From Callorhinchus milii (lineage: Eukaryota), in NCBI RefSeq assembly GCF_018977255.1, contig NW_024704743.1, positions 63,552,001-63,616,000 of the forward strand: DNA of 64,000 bases. Direction: 5' to 3'. Of this stretch, positions 11,371 to 24,557 are shown piece after piece. The stretch's first letter is position 1; every line of letters starts with the position of its first letter. Under the pieces are notes generated by a model that saw only the letters and a list, made by a program, of their open reading frames with translations, ran no database searches and had not been told where the DNA came from. The translations under genes were made by a program, and so were the position numbers.

Positions 11371-14300
11371 TGATATTTGATTGCTGTAGTGTTCAACAAC
11401 ACCTTGCATTTGCCTAGCTTAGCGGGTAGCACTTTTGTCTCTGAGTCAGTTCAAACCTCATATTGGGACTTTGAACTCACAATCTCGGCTGACTAATACA
11501 GTGCTGGGGATGTGCTGCAGGGAAGAAAGAATTTCAGATGTTGGGGCCCAGTTGCTGAAGCCTTGGCCAATGATGCTGACACAGAGGGGGGAGTGGGGCA
11601 CACAAAACAGAGTTGTGAGTTGTTGAAGCTGCATCCTCGGGTACAACATCCTCGAGTACAAAATTTCTTAATCAGATTCCTTATCAAGGATCGAGTCATG
11701 CAAATTCCAGAATTGCATTGTGCTGACCTGCGTCTTTATCACTTGCTCCCAGGGCAGGCTTCCTGTGGGTCGACAGGAATTCCAATGAGATTCCTTATTA
11801 AGGAATCCTATTAAGAAACAATGGAAATTAAGCCCGATTATCTTATTTCTGGCACAAAACCTAAGCTACTACTGCAGCAGTTCTTGAAGCTTTGAACTAA
11901 CACTCTGCTTCATATGCTGCCTTATTATAGTTTTAAAAGGGACTCCACCAGCTGACAACATTTAACTATTAGTGAATGAACTATGTAATACAGTGTACCA
12001 TGCTGATCAAGTCTAGTGGTCCTCTATAGTTTGGTCTGCACAGATCTCAGGAGCAAAGGCCTTAGGCTTTTTTTCTTTGCAGAATGACATTTTGCAGAAT
12101 GGCAAAGTGAGTAACAATATTCTGTCTTTGGGTAGATGTAATTGGAGTTAGTGATCAGTAGAAATTTTGAGTTTTCTCAGAGTTTTACTCCCAGCTTTCT
12201 GTGATATTTCGAGAATGTTGATGACACCTAATTTTGTTGAAATTAGTTGAAAACCTGAATGAACTCTCACAAAGATAACCTAGTAGCATTTGAGTTTGGA
12301 TTTTATTGTAAAGTTGTAAATTCACCAAAATCAACATATGTGGTTGCCAACACCATCTTCAATCTCAGGAAGTGTCTTGGTAATTACATGAAACTGTGGT
12401 TCATAAGAATAATCCTTGCATTTGATATAGCACCTTATCACGACTTTGAGACTTCTCAAAGCGCTTCACAGAATATATTGTAAACTGGATTGAATGAGTA
12501 TTTTTTGGGTGAAATGCTGCAGTCAATTGTTTTTTTTAAAATAATGATAATCCTTGCAGTTAATTTTTCTCCCAGAAAAAGCTTCTTTTTGGTTGGCTGC
12601 TACCTTACTAAACTGATTTCTTGCATTTGGTTTCCTAAATTTGCAACTTGAATTTTTCTAAAAATAATGCATTTCACACACAGCTCTATACCCACAGCTC
12701 ATTCTGTGATGAATTTTGTAGCTCTCCATTTCAAGCTCGTGAATAGACTTTTTGAAATATGGAGATCAAAAAAGGTATTCAAGAACTGTATTCTAGACAG
12801 TTTCTAGTCCCAATAATGAATTTTTAAAAGCATATCTCTTGTTTTGTATGTTACAACATTCACTACAGATACATTAGTAATAAAACATTTAATAAAGTAT
12901 CTTATTACGTTGAAACATCTCAAAGCCCTTCACAGGATTTTTCAATAAACTGCATTGATTGCATTTGGTGCAAACAAGGCAACGCATAGCAATGTCCCAC
13001 AAACACCTATGAAGTGATTTTAAAAAGAATCTAGTATGTTTTACTAATTCTAGTGCACGATGACCAAGATTTCAATTATGTTGGACTAAATTTGTGGGGG
13101 AATTGTTGTGCAGATTAGTTGCTCCATTTGCCTGTTACAAAAGACATGATACTTCAAAGCAGCTCATTGTGGGAAATGCTTTGAACATATTTGGAGACAA
13201 GGTACAATATCAAACCAAGCATATATATTTATTTAAGACTACTGCATGGTCCCAGGTATGCTGTCATTAAGCTTTACTTTATTGAAAGTGGTACTATGCT
13301 TTGTGAATCAGATGCAACAAGCATCACCTGACTGTTACTGGCAGGAGGCATGCAAAATTAATAAAGACATTAATGCAGAAGCTGCTGGATACCTAGAAAC
13401 TCAAAATCACCTCCCCCCCTCCGTCCACTATTAATGCAACTTCTAAAACTGCTAATGAAGGTTACATTTTAAAGAAAATAAATTGAAAATCGCAGTCCTG
13501 TAACCTTTTAAGAGCAAAATTAATTGGATAGTAGAGAAGGATGCCCCACTCAGGAACGTCCTAGACATCATTATCTGTGAAATAATTTCCTCACAATTTA
13601 AGTACGCAGCATTAACGCAATCTTAGGTAAGTGTTATGCAGTTTCAACTCATTAAGGGTACATGATGTGATAAAGGAAGCTGAGCCTCCTTGATCACTAT
13701 AGCAGTGCAATTCTAAGTGAACCCATAATTACATAAAGCTTAAGGATCCAGTCACCTCAGACGCTCCTTTGGCCTGATGTTTCATTCATTTTTGTTCATT
13801 TTCTCTCCTTCGCTATGCAAAACCCTTCACCCAGGACGCTTTGAAATTCCAAATCCTTCCCTTTCCTGACATTTGTATCTTTTCTGGTCTCCTCTTAACA
13901 ATTGTTAACTTTCTAATAGGGTATATGGAAAAGGCAAGAGAATGCAACTAAACAGATTGCTGTATCAGAGCCAGCACAGGTATGAAAATCCCAATGGCCT
14001 CCTCTGTGCTGTACGTTTCTATGGTTTTGCTCGCATTTTGCTTCTCTCATTAGGTAGGAGTTAAACACGCCATTATAAATCAGGTCTTGTATCTGCAGAG
14101 TGCTGCACATTAGTGTTTAATAAGGATTTTAAGTTTAATCGTCTTTCTCTCTTTAATGTTTACTTCCAATATCTGAAGGTGCTTAGAGCAGCATCAAAAC
14201 AGATAATTTATTGGTTGCCGCGATCTCCCGATATTCTGTTCCACTTTAGTAATGTCCTTAGCAGTTTAACCCCAAAGAGCCGCAAAAATATTTACATATT

Positions 14301-15287
14301 GTTATGTTGCAGCTCAGTAGGCACTAAATGGTGACAAAACAGTGATTCTTTCAACATGGTTCATCTTTATCTTTATGTATCTTTAAATTCTACAGATGAA
14401 TTACATATTTATATCAGTTGTTTACGTAGGGTACAATACCACTTTGTTAGGGAAGCAAAATATGAGCTCAAAATGGCATTAAAAGCTTTCACATCCCTAT
14501 CTTCAGAATATTAACAGATTCCACGTTGTGTGGGCCTTTCTAAAGTGATGAAAATATGGAATTCATAAAATAAACATTTAGCAGGCTTCTGTCGGAATTA
14601 TTAGCAGAGGGAGGCAGTGTCTCACTTGGAGCTGGCTCCAAGGTGATGTGCTTGGCAAAGAAATGTCGGAATCAAGCCAATCCTCTGTGGCGGCCTCGGT
14701 AGGTAAGTTCCTGAGCCAGACTTGTGCACAGGGTTCCAGGGCACTGCGGATTACAGCCTAGTCAATCTGACTCGTTGATGGGACTTGCTCAAGGGGCAGA
14801 CAACTGATTATTCGGGGCATCGATTATTCCTTCTCAGTGGTGATAAAGAAGGCCCTGAAAGCACCTGCTAACTTAACTGCTCTTGTCCGTCACCAAGTTT
14901 ATCCTTTCAAACAGCTTCAGTATCAAGAAATTTACAACTTACCTTAGTCAAAAATAATATACTGGAAATTCTGAGAGTTCATCGTGTAAAGTTTAAGATT
15001 TACAAAAATATTGCTGCGGGAGTGGAGGGAGCTGCAGTATTGTGAGCTCCAACCTGCTTACAAAGTATGAGGTCTATTATATACCGTGGGTAAATTATGA
15101 GTAAATGCACTAGTTAAAAAGGAAATGCAAGTGCTGTTAATTACGTAATTATTTTGTGAAAAGATCTGTTATATAATTTAACATATCGTTTTCATTCGTT
15201 AATAAATACATCCTCAGGGCAGCTGCAAATTCTCTGTACACATGGATTTACACAAGGTGCATAATATACTCGTTTACTTACACACAT

Positions 15288-15616
15288 GTGGAGTCCTGTA
15301 GCTCAGTGGTTAGAGCACTCGCTTTGCAAGCGAGAGACCTGAGTTCAATTCCAGGCAGGGCGAAACCTTGGGCAAGTTTCCTTACTCCACACACCTAATA
15401 ATAATCCCTCCAAAAACCAAAAACAATAATAAAAATTGGTCATTTTCAATCTACGACTGTTTGTGGGACATTGCTGTGCGCAACTGGCTGCTGCGTTCGC
15501 CCACAAATATACAGTCAATTCACTTTACAGTGTGTTCTGTGAAGCGCTTTGGGACGTCCTCCTGACGTGAAAAGCGCTATATCAAATGCAAGGATTATTA
15601 TTATTATTATTATTAT
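15288..15616 (+). mobile_element. Young tRNA-derived SINE, full length
   Basis: A box TAGCTCAGTGG, B box GAGTTCAATTC, anticodon arm CTCGC-TTTGCAA-GCGAG, Deu-like 3' core, L2-type stem-loop tail, (TTA)n end; multiple near-identical copies in window. Confidence 0.95.
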
Positions 15617-16203
15617 AATAGATGCCAATATGTCAAACGTTTTTGGTACTACAATAGAATACCTTCTTAGTTTGACCTACACCAAGATGAATCAATTAAT
15701 ATTAAGGTCAGGAACTTTGAACTGAAAAGGAAAGTACTTTCATTTCATTAGCATCTCTATAACCACTAGATCTTCAACTGTACACAGATCGATATTAGCT
15801 TCAGAGAGTTTTAGTTGCTTTAAGAAATACGTTTTTCTAAAGTTAAATTCTACCAGAAAACGCAGACTTATCCCAACATCTCCAGCATTCAGAAAACTTC
15901 AAGAAAACGTAGTATTCTTTAGCATCGATTATAAAGTGACAATGGACTAAATAGTCTTTTTCTGAAAGCAAAGAGAGAGAGTATTGCATGTATGCACACA
16001 TCAATGAACTGAGCAACATGCCAGCTGAGGTGGACAGTTTCCCATTACTCCATGTACCCAGAACAAGTCCTACACTGCAGTAGTGCTTGGTTTTAAAGCA
16101 CACAAGGCAGACAATGGTTTATTCTTGCATTTGACACAGCACCGTTCACATCAGGAGGATGTCTCAGCACTTCAAAAGACATTCTCTATTCTGTAAAGTA
16201 GAT

Positions 16204-17056
16204 TCTGTCAGACATCAAGTCCTGGATGAGAGCTAACTTTCTTCAGTTGAACGTCAACACGATTAAAACTCTCCTGAATGGCTCCCGTCAGCACCTCCCC
16301 ACCTCAGGCGCTGACAGCATCACCATCCATGGTTGCACACTCCACCTCACTAAGCCAGTCCAGAACCTTGGCGTCTTGTTTGACCCTCAACTATCCTTTC
16401 TACCCCACATCCGTGCTATGACCCGCTCTGCCTTTCCCCACCTCCGCACTGCATCACACCACAGGCTGCCAAGACTCTTATACACACATTCATAACATCC
16501 AGGCTTGATCCCCAACTCCTCCCTCCATAAGCTGCAGATTATCCAGAATTTTGCAGCCTGCACCAGGCTCCACAACCCTTTCAACCCCATCCTCGCCCGA
16601 CTCCACTGGCTTCCTGTGACACATAGGATACAGTTCAAGATTCTGGTCCTTACCTTCAAAGCCTTCAATGCCCTTGCTCCCCCCTACCTCTGCAACCTCC
16701 TAACCCCTACCAACCTGCCCACTACCTCCACTCAGCGGGCTCCAGCCTGCTTCACGTCCTTCACTTTGCCCGCCACAAAATTAGTGGGCAGGCCTTCAGC
16801 CACTCTGCCCCCACCATCTGGAACTCCATCCCACAGTCCCTCTGCGTTGTCCCCTCCCTTTCCTCCTTCAAGACCCTGTCTCAAGACCCTCCTCTTCGAC
16901 CGTGTCTTCGGTCATCTTCTTTCCCTCCCTGCTCTCTATCCACCCTGATCCCAACCCCTAGCTCGGGTCCAAAATACTAATTGTCCATCGCCTTGGGATG
17001 CTCTACCGACATGAAAGGTTCTATACAAGTGTCATTTTGATATTGTTGTTGTTGTA
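16204..17056 (+). mobile_element. L2-clade LINE 3' fragment
   Basis: MRANFLQLNVN, LHWLPVTHRIQFKILVLTFKA; (TTG)n tail. Confidence 0.9.
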
Positions 17057-17309
17057 GGCAAACACAGGAGCCATTTGCACAAAGTAATGTCTCACAAACA
17101 ATCATGAACGAACAAGACACACATTTCTCAGTTTGCCACAGTGTCAAGTAGCAAAGCACCAACAATATGTGCCACTCTACGCTATCTCTATTCTGTGCAT
17201 GTACTCAACAATCTCATTGAAAATCCATTAAAACATCTGAATTGGTGCTTATTGAGTTCTGAAGTATTTCAAATGTGGTACATTTTTAATATCAAAATGT
17301 CTCACTGTA

Positions 17310-17641
17310 CATGGGGATAGATATCTAAAAAGGAGTAAACTACAGGGGTATAGGGAAAGGGCAGGAATTGAAAGGATTGCTCTTTAAAAGAGTCAGCACA
17401 GACAAATTGCCGTTCTCTGTGTTATAATTTTCTATGATTCTGGGTTCTTCCCAACATTAACATGTCGTAATGTTTCATTAGCAGTACTAATGAACTGCAG
17501 GTAGGAAATGCAAATAGGCACACAGAATCATACAGCACAGAAGGAGGCCATTCGGCCCATCGTGTCTGTGCCAGCTCTTTTTGAATGCAGTTATCCAAAT
17601 CAATTCCTCTCCCCTGCTCTCTCCCCATAGCCCTGCAAACA
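17310..17641. mobile_element. Two CR1 3'-end fragments in tail-to-tail orientation (+ ~17310-17440, - ~17524-17641)
   Basis: CR1 3' UTR motifs ttctatgattct and agaatcatacagcacagaaggaggccattcggccc. Confidence 0.7.
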
Positions 17642-17759
17642 TGTACTTCACGGATGGGAAAGAGATTGCCAAGGGGAAGTTGAAAGAAATCTGATACATT
17701 ATTCTACACGAAGAGTACCATGTAAATTATTGTTGTAAACGAGACCTCGGTCTGCAAGT

Positions 17760-18340
17760 TGATTTCACTGCTCGTCACATTCAAACATTGCAAGGTAGCG
17801 ATGAGGCAAATGGGATGCTGCACTATATTGCCAAATCAACTGCATTCAGATCCTAACAAGATAACCTCAAGTTGTACAGTTCCCTAGTAACATACTGCAA
17901 ATTGTTCTCGTCGTCATGACAGAAGGAAATCGGGCTCTAAATCAGTGCACAGGAGAACAATGAAGATGATCCCCAGTGTTAGAAGGATGAACATGAACTT
18001 GGCCTTTCAGGACTTTTTAGTCGCTGTCACGGAGGAGAGCTTACAGAGGTAACTTTACAGAGATATCCAAGATTCTACATGAGGCAAAGTCAGGACCAAA
18101 TTTTCACACATACTTAAGCAGTAGGACTAAACATACAGACTCAGGCTAGGAAAGAAATATTTTAAGACAGAAGTATTTTTTTTCCACACACAATGGACAA
18201 TTGATAACAAACAGATTAGCAGAAGGGGTGATGAGGACCCTGAAGGATACTGGCCTCACTTAAGAAACAGATTGATGACACATAAAGATGGTAGGGTGGG
18301 TATTCTGTAAGGAATGAGGTCAATTGGGTGGAATGGAGAA
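17760..18340 (+). mobile_element. Old, degenerate CR1 fragment
   Basis: Remnant RT C-terminal motifs (ANGMLHYI..., KLYSSLV) without an open frame. Confidence 0.5.
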
Positions 18341-20848
18341 GTCATTATTCGTGGGAAGAAATAAAGACTTTCATTGTCTCCCGAGCTGAAAGACGCTATA
18401 CAAATGTAATTTTGTATTGCATTGCATATTTTGGATGGTAACAACATGAATTTAATGTATATAGCACCCTTCTTGAAATCATTTACGCCAAGCCGAAGAG
18501 AAAGGTGAGGTGACCGTAGACATGGTCAAAAAGGAAAGCTGGTGCTTAAGTTGGTTAAGGAGGGGCTTAACTGGAGAGATTGAGGCAGGGAGTTCCAGAG
18601 TTTCTAGGTGGCTGTAAACATGACTTCCCTCAATGTTTACAAGACTATCCAAACTTCTGCTAGTTTGATGTACAATTTCTAGTTTGCAGAAAATGAATCG
18701 TGATGTACAGAATTTGTTTTGCTACATAATTATCTATTTTATTCATTAGATTTATGCATACAGTGACTTGTTTGTGCTGGCTAGATTCATAACACTATGC
18801 CCTCAAAAACTAAAAAATAAACCCATCAATAGTATACATAGTAATTAATTCAACACAGATCAATGATTCACCATGTAGCATCTACACCATAAGCACATAA
18901 TTGATAATGCTCTCAAGTCTCAACTTTCATAAAATTGTAATTCTACACAGAATTTTCCAATTCTGCACCACATTAAATTTTTAGACTTAAATCTAAGACC
19001 ATAAAATGTTTTTTGTCCACTGGATTTACACATCAAACTCCAGAAATTATCTCTCCCTTTATAAAGAAAAAATACATTTGGTTCATATTTAAAAATATGC
19101 TAGCAGGAAAGTTACATTCATTAAAAGCCACTGGCCTGCTTTGTGCCCTCTCCAGTCAGCACAAGCACAATTAAAGAATGAGGAAAATTAAGAGGCTATA
19201 TCCATGAGCCTCAACAAACGATTAGGACTGGATGGTTCGTGGAAGAGTAAATGAATGTATGCCAGTGTGCCCTGGCGAAAATCTGGTGATGATTGGTGTT
19301 CAGTTTTGAGTAATGTTTATGAAGATGAAGAATGGAAGAGAAGTAAATCAAATGTGTTCAGTCGATTGAGCTTGCACTTAACGATTAGACAGTCATTCAC
19401 TCTCCTCTAATGTAATCTGGTCAGGGTGGGTGGATACCCACATATAAAGCTTTGAAATTGTGGAAACATTTTGCTATAAAAACACATGAATGTAACACGG
19501 AGACAGGTTTTATGAAGAATTTTTTTTGAAGGGCTGACATTGAATGTTTTTCAGGCTCTCAACGCACTGGAACCTATTTTCTAATTCTGCTTTGAATAGT
19601 ATTGTATTTGTTCACTGTAGTGTCTAATGTTCAGTGACACCTTGAGCTTTTAAACACATCACGCTTTTGGACCATTAGAAAAATTTGTTTCATCACACTC
19701 TACTGATTGAAAAGAACATATGTGAAAGTGAAAGAGAGTGAAGGAGCAGTCTTATATTTACAAAGCAATGGTTAAGGAAATGTTTATGTAAATGAATAAA
19801 ATAAGCTGCTCCATAAACAAATTAAAAAGCTAGCAAATTTTTCTCTTTAAAAAAAGTTTATCCATTATCTCAAGATCATTTGATACCAGTTGTTATGTTC
19901 CTAAAGCAAATCACCTAAACGTTCTTGAGTAACTCTTGTCAGTTTTATCAGGTACCAATGCAGTTGACAGCATACTTTGACTTTATCCTACAACCAGGCT
20001 ATGCAAAATAGTTAGTGTAATTCAATATTCTACTAGTGATGGTAGCAAACATTTGATTACAATAAACCATTACAATGAAAAGTATATAAAACTGTGTAGG
20101 CAACTGTGCAACCTGCCTATCAGCTCAAAAGACTGGAAACGTATTACAGTGCTGGATTTGGAACTGAAACTAACTTGGAGAGAAGAATAAGAGAGAACAA
20201 CTGGATCAAATATCTGGGTAGAACTGGGCTTGGCTCAGTCCTACACCAGCATCATGGATTAGCTCATTATTTTTTGTGGGCTAAAATCAATTTTAATTAA
20301 AAACAGAATAATGCACAGTTCCCACTTGCTTCAGTGTAGTTTCCTTGCTGTACTGTACTTGTGCCTACAGTTTTAAAAAAAAAGGTACAGACAACACTGC
20401 ATTGTGCACTTACCACCCAGCACTACACAACTTCTGCACAATGCACTGTGCCATGCCCCCAAAGCACCAGAACAGGTCCTCACTCTGCTCCACACATTGA
20501 ACTGCTCATCTCAGCTCTAACATCAGGGAGGTAGTAAATGTCTTGTTTTAAATTTTTTCCCCCTGTCTGATGGCATAAACTCTGACCGAGGGACCTGCCA
20601 CAGACACCAGTGGCTTTGCAGCACACCACCAAACTGATCATTCTTCTCTTAAGAGTTCACTCAGTGACTGTAGGAAGGCGAGAAAGTAAGAGAATAACAT
20701 AGCTGATTCCATCCTCATCTGAAGTATGTCCACTTTCTAGCTGGAGTTGTTGGAATGCAAATGGTAGCACAAAGCCCAAGTGATTTATCCATTTCCTAAC
20801 CCTGCAGCACTGAAGTTACCCTTTAAGCCATCAGGAAAGCTTGTAGAG

Positions 20849-21017
20849 CAGTGGCCAACCAAATAAATTTTCTTGATTGAATATTTCTTGATTTATAGCC
20901 ACACCATAAACATTGACACTCAGTAGCTACTGGAAATAAAATATTGATTTAAAACAGACTCACTTAGACTAGTGTGAATGTTTGGTGGGCCTGTGGGCCA
21001 TGGGTTGGCCATCACTG
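20849..21017. mobile_element. hAT-Charlie-like MITE (~170 bp)
   Basis: TIR CAGTG(ATG)GCCAACC / GGTTGGCCATCACTG, degenerate 8-bp TSD ttgtagag/ctgtagcc, subterminal gggcctgtgggcc. Confidence 0.6.
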
Positions 21018-22003
21018 CTGTAGCCATTTTTAAAAGATTTAAATGAGCAGAAAAATCTCACCCAGGACCTCTCTGTAGTTGATACAGAGCATCATTACCC
21101 TGGCACTGATTGCCTGCCTGGCCTCTTCATTAAATGTGATGTACAGTACAGGGAAAGTTTGGAAGGAGGAAGAAATTCACTAACTTAAAAATATTTTCAT
21201 TAACCAGTACAGCTCTAATATACAGTTGTTAAAACAAATCTAAAATAAATTGACTGAAGTGATACAATATAGGTAGCACATAGCTTGCAGCAGCACATCA
21301 GTCATTATACCCATAAAGGATATAGTTGTGATGCACCCATTCGCAGTGTGATAGAAGAGCAGCTACTGATCTCACAATCTGCACTATCTGAACTGATGAG
21401 AAAAACTCAAGAGTTCAGATAAAATGATGTAAGAAGACAGACCCAGCAATTGGCAAAAACAAATCTGCATAAGCATATTCTAATCACCATTAGGTCACCT
21501 GATCTTACTCTCATCTCCCTCCCTACTTACCTAATATAGTGATCTTGAGGTTACCCCCCATACCCACACACAAATTCACAGATATATTGAATGTAATTAT
21601 TACTCAAAACTGTAAGCTTTCACCACAGGAGAAAGTCTCAACTTTGGCAAATATTCAACCTGCTCAAACTCCTGTTTCTACCAGCACATGGGTCATTAAT
21701 TTGTGGCAAACATAACATGTCACTCTGTATGATGCATCACATGTCAAACAAAAACCATAGCATCTGCTAATATTTCAAAAGAAATACTAAACGTTCGCTG
21801 TGCAATACACTGAGGAGACGAAGGAGAATCTTTAGTGTGTAGAAATGTCTACAGAGAATTGTACATCCAATGATAAAAGACGATGTGCTTTCCCAGTGTC
21901 TTCCCACTTTTGAATTACTTGTCTCCACAGATAACGCTGGACTGCAACTGAAATGGGGGAATGGTTTCAAATCGTAAATAGGAACAAGTATTTTCCTAGT
22001 TTC

Positions 22004-22154
22004 TCAAAGTGCAGTCATGAGTTTATCGTGATCAATGCTATGATTCCTTCCTACGTTCTTCAGGTTCTGCTCTTGAACATATCTTGCGTTTCTGCCATCT
22101 GGTGCTGATGGTGTCCGGTTGTAATGTTTGTGCCTGTTGTCATGGGGCGATGGC
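22004..22154 (-). CDS. EPB41L4B: EPB41L4B short-isoform alternative terminal exon (coding part incl. TGA): RPSPHDNRHKHYNRTPSAPDGRNARYVQEQNLKNVGRNHSIDHDKLMTAL*
   Basis: acag acceptor in phase 2; translation resembles recalled human short isoform end RPSFQDDR...YVHDQNQKNLG...DKLMTAL. Confidence 0.92.
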
Positions 22155-22242
22155 CTGTACCGTGTGCACAGTCAGCAGTTAGTGAAATGCGATTTTAACA
22201 TAACATATGGACCGTCAGCAAATTACTGAGCAAATGACATGC

Positions 22243-22266
22243 AGAGAGAGAGAGAGAGAGAGAGAG
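22243..22266. repeat. (AG)12 microsatellite; (CU)n on the pre-mRNA strand
   Basis: Directly visible. Confidence 0.95.
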
Positions 22267-23452
22267 AAAAAGCAGCCAAAGGAAGAAATGCATGAAATGG
22301 GAATGACAGCAAAAATAGTGATTGAGCTGTTTGACAAAGCAAACAGCTTCCTGTGGGGTTTACCTTCTACCCACAATCAGTCCAAAGGGAAAGTGGCACA
22401 GCAAGAGATTACAATGTCATGCATCAAGCAATCTGCAGAATGAGACTGTTGTTATATTACTTAATGATCAGTGCCAAGCAAATTTCCAGCACATGCAGGG
22501 ACATGCTTAAAGTCAGCTCATAAAGAACATTCCCTCCCAAAAGCTTCAAACCGCCAACAATTCCACATTCACCACTTTCTTTTCTTAAAATCTGCACATT
22601 CTTATCAATTCCTGTTTGACTTTTAATAGGAAGTCATTTGTTAAGTAACTAGGTTTTGCAGCTCCTTCAATAGTTCCAACTTCAACAAGTTTAAAAAAAA
22701 GATTGTTTTCTATCACCATCAATGATGTTAAATAGCTCAGATTTAGTAAGTAATGCACACATAGAGGCACACCATTAAGGAATTAGGAAGGATGTTTGTA
22801 CAGTGGAATGAAGGCACCATGTGAGCTGTATTGATCCACTCAGTTCCCTCCACCAAAGAGTTCCCAGTAACACCACAGAAAATGAAATCGCCCTCCACCA
22901 TGTGATTCTGAACAACATAGCAGTGGAGACAATACCCAGCAAAAACAGAAACAGCATATTACAATCACTACAGTAACCACTTTAACATTCCTAAAGCTTA
23001 TAAAAAGAAACTAATCCATCAGTAAGCAGGTCTGAAAGTTTAATTCACAATACAAAAAGGAAAAGCTTGGTCTGCTAGCAAAATGTTTTATAATAGTGAT
23101 CATTTCTAGTAGTTCATTGTAGTGATCATTTATAGCAGCAATACTAATCTCTTAGATGCATGTTAGCATTCAATGTAATAAGATTTGAAATCCAATTAAA
23201 ATTATCTACCCACCATTGCCTTAGAAAATAACAGGCAAATTCATCTAAATGTGATAACCTTTATTTTATCACAATACTTTTATACATTTTTATACATTTT
23301 AAATAATGTTGATACAATGCACACCCAAATTAGCTTTCCAATCCCACGTCATTCATTGTTTGGTATAAAATCGGAAATATTCAAAGCTTACTTTTAATCT
23401 TTAGTCTATTATTATTATTGAATGCACTGAATGGTAACAGGACGCTACTTAC

Positions 23453-23511
23453 CTTATGTTACTGGGATGCCAGTGTTGCTGCACCGCGGGAATGTTACAC
23501 ATATAAGGAGC
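23453..23511 (-). CDS. EPB41L4B: EPB41L4B coding exon (~exon 15, 59 bp): APYMCNIPAVQQHWHPSNI(R/S)
   Basis: tttttag acceptor, gtaagt donor, phase 0/2; WHP motif as in human QPRWHPHSPNV. Confidence 0.9.
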
Positions 23512-23624
23512 CTAAAAATAGCAAAGATGATAATTACAATAATTTTCAGACTTTCCACTTCTAACTGTAACCTGGATATTACCAGCATCATGCTTGCCCG
23601 TTCGTTGAGAAATGCCACTCTTAC

Positions 23625-23658
23625 CTGGTAGTCATGAATTTCAGGATTGTTGTGTGTA
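23625..23658 (-). CDS. EPB41L4B: EPB41L4B coding microexon (~exon 14, 34 bp): THNNPEIHDYQ
   Basis: ttttggcag acceptor, gtaaga donor, phase 2/0; resembles human KTNPEVHNYQ. Confidence 0.92.
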
Positions 23659-24557
23659 CTGCCAAAAACAAAAAATCAAAAAAATGAATCAATAAAACTA
23701 GTGCTAATGACATGCAAACAGTATGTAAGCAAATGTGCTCATGGTATAGAGATTGCAAATGTCCATGTTCCTATCAATATCACTAGTTAAGCTCCACATT
23801 CACAGTGAAACACAATGGATTTCAAACTGGGCAAGGTCAGTATCAGGATCAGCTGTAATGCCTCTTCACATTTGCTTAGCTCATGGACACTGACAATCTG
23901 GGCTCACACATGAAAAATAATCACTTAGTTGAAATACTTGAGGACATTTGACATCCATGGAATTGTAGCCTGCATGAGTTGGGCCGATACAAAATATTAA
24001 TTTTGCAATTGCAGGATTGGAAAGAAATGCACAGTGATGAGTATTATTTATCAATGTGTTTGTTTAGAATACTCAGCCAGGTCTGAAATCTATAATTTGT
24101 TCACGCAACCTTTATTAGGTCAATAGAGCCTAACCTGGAATCTAACATATCTGAAAATCAGCAAATAAGAAATGAGACAAACAAACTGCAGATAAACATA
24201 GTCTGGTCAAATTCAGTGGAAATTTGATATTTTTCAAATCAATTAAATATACTTGGATGTGCTTTAGGTGGGCCGCCCAATGTAATTTCCAATAGTCACA
24301 ACTGTAAAAACAGATCCGTAGCATTGGATTTCCAGTTGACAGTTAACAGGATATCAGATACTCAGATTACTGTTCAGTAAAACAACCAGTTTTACAGATG
24401 TCTTCTCTGGCTCATTCAAGTCCATTCAAAGCAATAACATTATGTTGCTGAATTAACCCCAGTGCTGTGTTAAGAACATTGGTAAACTGCGACTGGCCAA
24501 GGAATGATCTGATAAATTAACTCTACAATGTTTCTCTTGAAAGAAAAAAAATCCTAC

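Noticed and set aside
14600..14710. Plus-strand AG/GTAAGT donor suggesting an antisense exon
   Set aside because: Isolated motif with no supporting ORF or partner exon
15288..15362. tRNA-Ala(TGC)-like cloverleaf as a real tRNA gene
   Set aside because: Always followed by the SINE body and L2-type tail, in many dispersed copies; it is a SINE head
21385..21421. Hairpin containing CTGATGA in the putative 3' UTR as ribozyme or snoRNA
   Set aside because: No GAAA core or properly spaced D box; a 10-bp stem can arise by chance
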